A stretch of 64,000 nucleotides of DNA from Pelagomonas calceolata. Its lineage: Eukaryota. Shown one piece after another: positions 59,685-64,000 of the stretch. The DNA is taken from assembly GCA_918797485.1 (NCBI GenBank), contig CAKKNE010000002.1, forward strand, positions 5,394,001 through 5,458,000. The letters are read 5' to 3'. How positions within the stretch are numbered: the first letter of the stretch is position 1; each line of letters begins with the position of its first letter. Position numbers and translations under genes: made by a program. A model generated the notes under the pieces. That model was given only the letters and a program-made list of their open reading frames with translations. It had not been told where the DNA came from and did not search any database.

Positions 59685-61403
59685 ATGAGCAGCAGCAGCA
59701 GCAGCTCCAGCAGCTCCGATAGCGAGTCCTCGGACGACGAGGAGGTACCCGCTTTACCGGAAGCGGCCCTCGTGCCGTACGAGGACGCGGCGCCGGCACC
59801 CGCGCCCCGATACGCGCCCGGCCTCCCGCCCTCGCGCGCGTCGCTCAATTCATTGCTCCGCCAGAGTTTGGATCATCGCACGGAGGCCCGTGTCAAGTTC
59901 GAGGCGGCCAAGGATGCATTGCGAAGCCTCGCCAAGTCGCAACGAGACGGTACCATATATACGGCGCAAGACCCGCGCATGGCCATCAGCGCCGAGTACG
60001 ACATGAGGAGCGGATTGGAGCCCTGGGGCCAAGTCCGACGACGACCGACGGTCAAGCCGAAGACCGGACCCCTCACGCTCATCTTCGAATTTTACGCGCG
60101 GATGCAAGAGCCGGGCGCGCAGTTAGGTAAAGATAGGACGATGACGATGATCAAGGACTGCAACGAGCGGCTGTCGTTCTTCGAGGTCGTTTGTTTCGCG
60201 CGGGATTTTGATATTGTGCCGAAACTCATCACGAAGGCGACGCTCGCGTACCTCCACAAGGTGTCCTCGGCGCTGCCGAACCGGTCGGAAACGTCGCAAC
60301 GAGAAGGCCAGGATGTCCGAGATGCGGGCTTCGACCTCGAGGAGTTCAACATGTTGCTTGTACGCATAGCATTAGTTGCGTTTGCCGAACGGTCGGTAGG
60401 TGATCCGGAGATGGCCGTCCGTTGTATCATAAGATGGATGCATCTCGACGACCCGCCGAAGGTGAGACATGTCGTGCATACGAGAGGCAGGCAAACGCAA
60501 CGTCGAATCAACTTTCGCAGCAAGGGTGAAGTTGACAACACTGCTGCAAAACGCGCCTTGCGAGACAAGAAGGATGAAATGCTGCTGCGGTTGAAGGCTC
60601 TCAGCCCAAAGCATAAAGTAGATTATACGCGGAGCCAGGTGCAACGCGTCAAGGACTTCGACTACAAAGTCGACGACCTGACTAGAGTGAACAACTTGCT
60701 CCAAGTCAGTCAGCAGATTTTACTGGCTTCTTTTAAAAAAGATACGGCGAAATTACTAGATCCCTACGTGGCTTCTAAACCGGTTCATCATTGGTGCCCC
60801 TTCGACGACTGTGGCATTGATTGTGGTCGAGTGTTATCTAACATAACCTACGCTACAAGAATCCACGTCTGCAATCGTTCTGATGAGACTTTGACCGTGT
60901 GCGGGCTGGATATTAGCGGAGATGCTACAGATGCGCTGTCGGCTCGGTTCGACCCGCGGCCCTTCGCCCCGGGGATGACGCGCTTCGTCGAGCTGAATGT
61001 ACGACCGTCGAATACGATGGGCGAGTTCTCTTCTATGGTAGAGCTGAAAATTGGGAGAGATAAAGCCCCCTCGAAGAACGTGAACGCGCTCGGGTCGCAC
61101 GGCGACACTTATGTCGCGGTGCCCGTCTTCTACCGCGTGGGCGGCCCGGGCCACGCGCCGCGGCGGCGGCCCGCGTCGGCCGGCGCGATTCGCACGACGC
61201 TGCGCGTGCGCCGGTCCTTCAAGGCCGTCGTTCTAGATCTGCCCGACCGCGTCGCGGGCGCGATCAAGCCGCGGATCAAGGCGACGGACTCCCAGTCGTC
61301 GCGGTCCGCGTCGCCGTCCGGGTCGTCGTCGTCGTCGTCTGACGAGGACGACGAGCCAAGGCCGGCCGGCGGGCAGGTGCTGCTTAAGGACCAAATCTTT
61401 TAA
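59685..61403 (+). CDS. Hypothetical protein with EF-hand-like and Ig-like (ASH-type) regions
   Basis: 572-aa ORF; FARDFDIVPKL; IDCGRV..IHVCNRS..FAPGMT..VEL. Confidence 0.6.
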   Translation: MSSSSSSSSSSDSESSDDEEVPALPEAALVPYEDAAPAPAPRYAPGLPPSRASLNSLLRQSLDHRTEARVKFEAAKDALRSLAKSQRDGTIYTAQDPRMAISAEYDMRSGLEPWGQVRRRPTVKPKTGPLTLIFEFYARMQEPGAQLGKDRTMTMIKDCNERLSFFEVVCFARDFDIVPKLITKATLAYLHKVSSALPNRSETSQREGQDVRDAGFDLEEFNMLLVRIALVAFAERSVGDPEMAVRCIIRWMHLDDPPKVRHVVHTRGRQTQRRINFRSKGEVDNTAAKRALRDKKDEMLLRLKALSPKHKVDYTRSQVQRVKDFDYKVDDLTRVNNLLQVSQQILLASFKKDTAKLLDPYVASKPVHHWCPFDDCGIDCGRVLSNITYATRIHVCNRSDETLTVCGLDISGDATDALSARFDPRPFAPGMTRFVELNVRPSNTMGEFSSMVELKIGRDKAPSKNVNALGSHGDTYVAVPVFYRVGGPGHAPRRRPASAGAIRTTLRVRRSFKAVVLDLPDRVAGAIKPRIKATDSQSSRSASPSGSSSSSSDEDDEPRPAGGQVLLKDQIF

Positions 61404-61418
61404 TCACAAAGCTATTAC

Positions 61419-62105
61419 TCAGTAGTACCCCGCGTGGAGCCAAAACGCGAGGACCTTTCGGACGAGCTCCGGCGGGAGGAGGGGCGTCGCGAGGATCGAT
61501 GCGATCCGCGCGACGTGGGCTTGCGCGTATCTCTGGAATCCGCCCGCGTTTCTGACTCGTACGATGTACGGGTCCGTGTTATCTGTGGGGATCTCAGCGC
61601 CCGCGCGGAGAAATAACGGCCACGTACGGCGATACGGCCGTGTGATTGCAATGTCGAAGGGTCTCATCCCAGACGGGGACAGTCTTGCATCCAAACTAGC
61701 ACCCGCGGCCAGGAGCACTTCGACGCAATCGGCGGCCCCCCTGCGTCCTGCGAGGTGCAGCGCTGTGACACCACTGTTGCCTGCCGCATCCACATTAACG
61801 CGGGCTTGAACGAGCAGCGACACCAACTCGACACTTTTACTGCTAGCCGCACAGTGAAGTGGTCTCCACCCATTCCCAGTCGGACCAGTATCGGACGCTT
61901 CCAAATTTGCCCCCGCGTCGCGAAGGAGCTCGAAGCAGGCCGCGCGGTCACCGCCATTATTATTCCGGCACAAGCAATGAAGAGGCGTTTTTGTTATATA
62001 AAAAGCATGTTCATTATAGACTGCATCTGGCGACACACCTTCCGCAAGCAGTCGCCGGAGCTTCTCGACGTTCCCGGCGCGTGCGGCTTTGTGTATGGCT
62101 GCCAT
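61419..62105 (-). CDS. Ankyrin-repeat protein with C-terminal F-box-like motif
   Basis: IHKAA, TPLH, PLHCAA, TALHLA ankyrin repeats; LPPELVRKVLAFW tail. Confidence 0.85.
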   Translation of the reverse strand: MAAIHKAARAGNVEKLRRLLAEGVSPDAVYNEHAFYITKTPLHCLCRNNNGGDRAACFELLRDAGANLEASDTGPTGNGWRPLHCAASSKSVELVSLLVQARVNVDAAGNSGVTALHLAGRRGAADCVEVLLAAGASLDARLSPSGMRPFDIAITRPYRRTWPLFLRAGAEIPTDNTDPYIVRVRNAGGFQRYAQAHVARIASILATPLLPPELVRKVLAFWLHAGYY

Positions 62106-62261
62106 AGGGTCAGACCAAGAGCAGCGCCCGGGTCAGCAAGAGCTTGAGGGTCAGACCAAGAGCGGCGGCCGTGAGAGGCGCTAGATATGGATGGGCCAGC
62201 GAAAAGGGGCAGCCAGAGACCGCACAATAGCGCCGCTGTATCAACACTCCGGTGCCAACTT

Positions 62262-62285
62262 GCTAGTGTCTTACAGCACGCTAGC
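62262..62285 (-). promoter_or_regulatory. CTAG-box motif
   Basis: rc GCTAGCGTGCTGTAAGACACTAGC between divergent ankyrin and nitrilase genes. Confidence 0.7.
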
Positions 62286-62355
62286 ACGTCGACGCGTTGC
62301 GCAGATTTTGGGCCGTTTCGGCCATACCGGTGCAAGTCTAAGGCGCTCGGCGACA

Positions 62356-62399
62356 GCATTGACGCATGCGAGGAGCCGCATTGACGCATGCGAGGAGCC
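62356..62399. repeat. Perfect 22-bp tandem duplication overlapping the upstream ATG of the nitrilase gene
   Basis: GCATTGACGCATGCGAGGAGCC x2. Confidence 0.95.
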
Positions 62400-63356
62400 G
62401 TGCGACGCCTCACGCGGGTGGCAGCTCTGCATCGCGCCCTCACACGATCGACAGCCCTGCAGCACGCTGCACGACGCGCATCGATGGCGGCTGCAGCCGG
62501 CAAAGCGCTCCCGCGCGTGGCAGTGGGCCAACTCAACAGCACCGGCGACCACGCGGCGAACCTGGCGCAAGCAGAAAAGCTCTGCGCGGCCGCGGCCGCG
62601 GCGGGCGCCAATCTATTGTGCCTGCCCGAGGCGTTCTCCTTCATCGGCGCGAGCCCGCAAGAAACCATATCCCAGGCCGAAGCGCTGGATGGCCCGCGCC
62701 TCGAACAATATAGAACGCTCGCGCGGCGCCACGGCCTCTGGCTGAGCTTGGGCGGGTTCCACGAGGCCGGCGCGCCTGGTAATCGCGTCCACAACACGCA
62801 CGTCGTCGTCGACGCGGCGGGCGCCACCGTCGCGGAGTACCGCAAGATCCACTTGTTCGACGTCGACGTGCCCGGCGGCGCAACACTCTTGGAGTCTAAA
62901 AGTACGACGCCCGGGAAAGCAGAGGCCGTCGTCGTCGACGCGCGCGACCAGTTGGGCTTCACGTTCGGGCTGACGACGTGCTACGACGTGCGCTTCCCCG
63001 AGCTCTACGTGGCGCTGGCGCGGCGCGGGTGCGACGCGATCCTCGTGCCGTCGGCGTTTACCGTGCCGACGGGCGAGGCGCACTGGCACCTACTACTCCG
63101 CGCGAGGGCGGTGGAGTCGCAATCCTACATTTTGGCAGCGGCCCAATCAGGCGCGCATAATGAAAAGAGGCGGTCGTACGGCCACGCGCTAGCCGTGGAC
63201 CCGTGGGGCGTCGTGGTGGCGGACGCCGGCGACGCCGCGCCATCTCTCGTCACGGTGGACCTCGACCTGGAGAAGGTGAGGTCAATTAGAGAGAAGATGC
63301 CGATCCAGGCCCACCGGCGGCGCGACGTCGTGGAGTTGCTATTGGACGATGGATAA
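62388..63356 (+). CDS. NIT1: Nit1-type carbon-nitrogen hydrolase (deaminated glutathione amidase); alternative start 62484
   Basis: LPEAF, YRKIHLFDVD, TCYDVRFPE (E-K-C triad), AFTVPTGEAHWHLLLRARAVESQ, SYGHA..DPWG. Confidence 0.9.
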   Translation: MRGAVRRLTRVAALHRALTRSTALQHAARRASMAAAAGKALPRVAVGQLNSTGDHAANLAQAEKLCAAAAAAGANLLCLPEAFSFIGASPQETISQAEALDGPRLEQYRTLARRHGLWLSLGGFHEAGAPGNRVHNTHVVVDAAGATVAEYRKIHLFDVDVPGGATLLESKSTTPGKAEAVVVDARDQLGFTFGLTTCYDVRFPELYVALARRGCDAILVPSAFTVPTGEAHWHLLLRARAVESQSYILAAAQSGAHNEKRRSYGHALAVDPWGVVVADAGDAAPSLVTVDLDLEKVRSIREKMPIQAHRRRDVVELLLDDG

Positions 63357-63357
63357 G

Positions 63358-63580
63358 TTATTCGCTAGAGACCCCCTTCTTCTTCCCCACCTTCTTGAGG
63401 TGGTGCACGGCGCGCTCGGCCCGGGCGGCCGTGGGGTCGCGGCGGCCCCGTCCCGGCTTCCGCTTCGGCGGCGGCGGCGGCGCGTCCTGTGTGGGATCGA
63501 CACCGTCGCGAAACGCTCTCATGAAGACGCCATCGCCGCGACCACATCGAGCCACGTTCTTTTTCACGCCGCGTCAGGAC
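63358..63580 (-). pseudogene. Orphan terminal exon (63486-63358) preceded by an introner-like intron (63487-63580)
   Basis: CTGTGTGGGATC end, CGCCATCGCCGCGAC core, AAG|GT donor; exon DAPPPPPKRK..VSSE*; no convincing upstream exon. Confidence 0.45.
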
Positions 63581-63598
63581 CTTCACGCGTAAATCGGT

Positions 63599-63763
63599 AA
63601 GGGCCAGACGTGCTACATCTGCACGCAGGCCCTCCACTGGAGGACGAAGGAAGGCCTCGTGCGCATGTGTGCGTGCCGCGGGACGGCGGGCTTCGCGCAT
63701 GTGTCGTGTCTCGCGGAGCAGGCGAAGATTTTGTTCGCGGAGGCCGAGGAGAATAATTTGGGG
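63599..63763 (+). pseudogene. RING-CH/RINGv gene fragment
   Basis: KGQTCYICTQALHWRTKEGLVRMCACRGTAGFAHVSCLAEQAK; in-frame TAA at 63590, no upstream ATG, final W..CxxC missing. Confidence 0.7.
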
Positions 63764-63845
63764 GCCTCAGCGCCCGCGAGGCGGGGATTCCCTACGCGAT
63801 TAAACCGGTCTCATAGCTACTCTATTAGGCCACCGCCCAGGGAAA

Positions 63846-64000
63846 CTAGCGCGACGCCGCCATCTCCTTCTCCGCCGACACCGTGGATCCGGACGACGGC
63901 TGGAACGCCCCACCACCGCGCAACTCCGGCGACGGCGTCATCCCCGAGACGATCCCGCGGTAGAGCCACTGGAAGGGCCCCGGCGACAGGAACTTGTAGA
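63846..64000 (-). CDS. 3' end of a gene entering from outside the window
   Basis: Open frame YKFLSPGPFQWLYRGIVSG..EKEMAASR* ending TAG at 63846. Confidence 0.5.
   Translation of the reverse strand, partial: YKFLSPGPFQWLYRGIVSGMTPSPELRGGGAFQPSSGSTVSAEKEMAASR

Noticed and set aside
2683..62285. GTAAG inside the CTAG-box as a splice donor or spliced-leader signal; CRISPR-like repeat
   Set aside because: Motif occurs in both orientations relative to genes and as dispersed single copies, not an array

Overview
GC-rich, very gene-dense nuclear DNA of a photosynthetic eukaryote, most likely a pelagophyte (Pelagomonas/Aureococcus-like). This is an inference from signal-peptide-bearing plastid proteins, compact intergenic spaces and introner-type introns. 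About 40 mostly intronless genes are visible: GDP-mannose dehydratase, RlmN, a GT47, a fucosyltransferase-like and a sulfotransferase-like gene, DVR, chorismate mutase, Cpn20, mitochondrial S17/L27, Nit1, CCDC61, TauE, and several unusual multidomain proteins. Two non-coding systems stand out. (1) A CTAG-flanked 18-25 bp motif (consensus GCTAGCG-N3-5-GTAAGACACTAG) occurs about 18 times, only in intergenic DNA, almost always 60-290 bp upstream of start codons, and never at convergent junctions. (2) A family of short TIR/8-bp-TSD introner elements (CTGTGTGGAAATCA...TGATTTCCACACAG) forms most of the introns, at different stages of decay and in both orientations. There is also a loose fucose/sulfate glycan gene neighbourhood and an unexplained 1.5 kb ORF-poor region with internal repeats. 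All protein calls come from motif recognition by eye, not from database searches.
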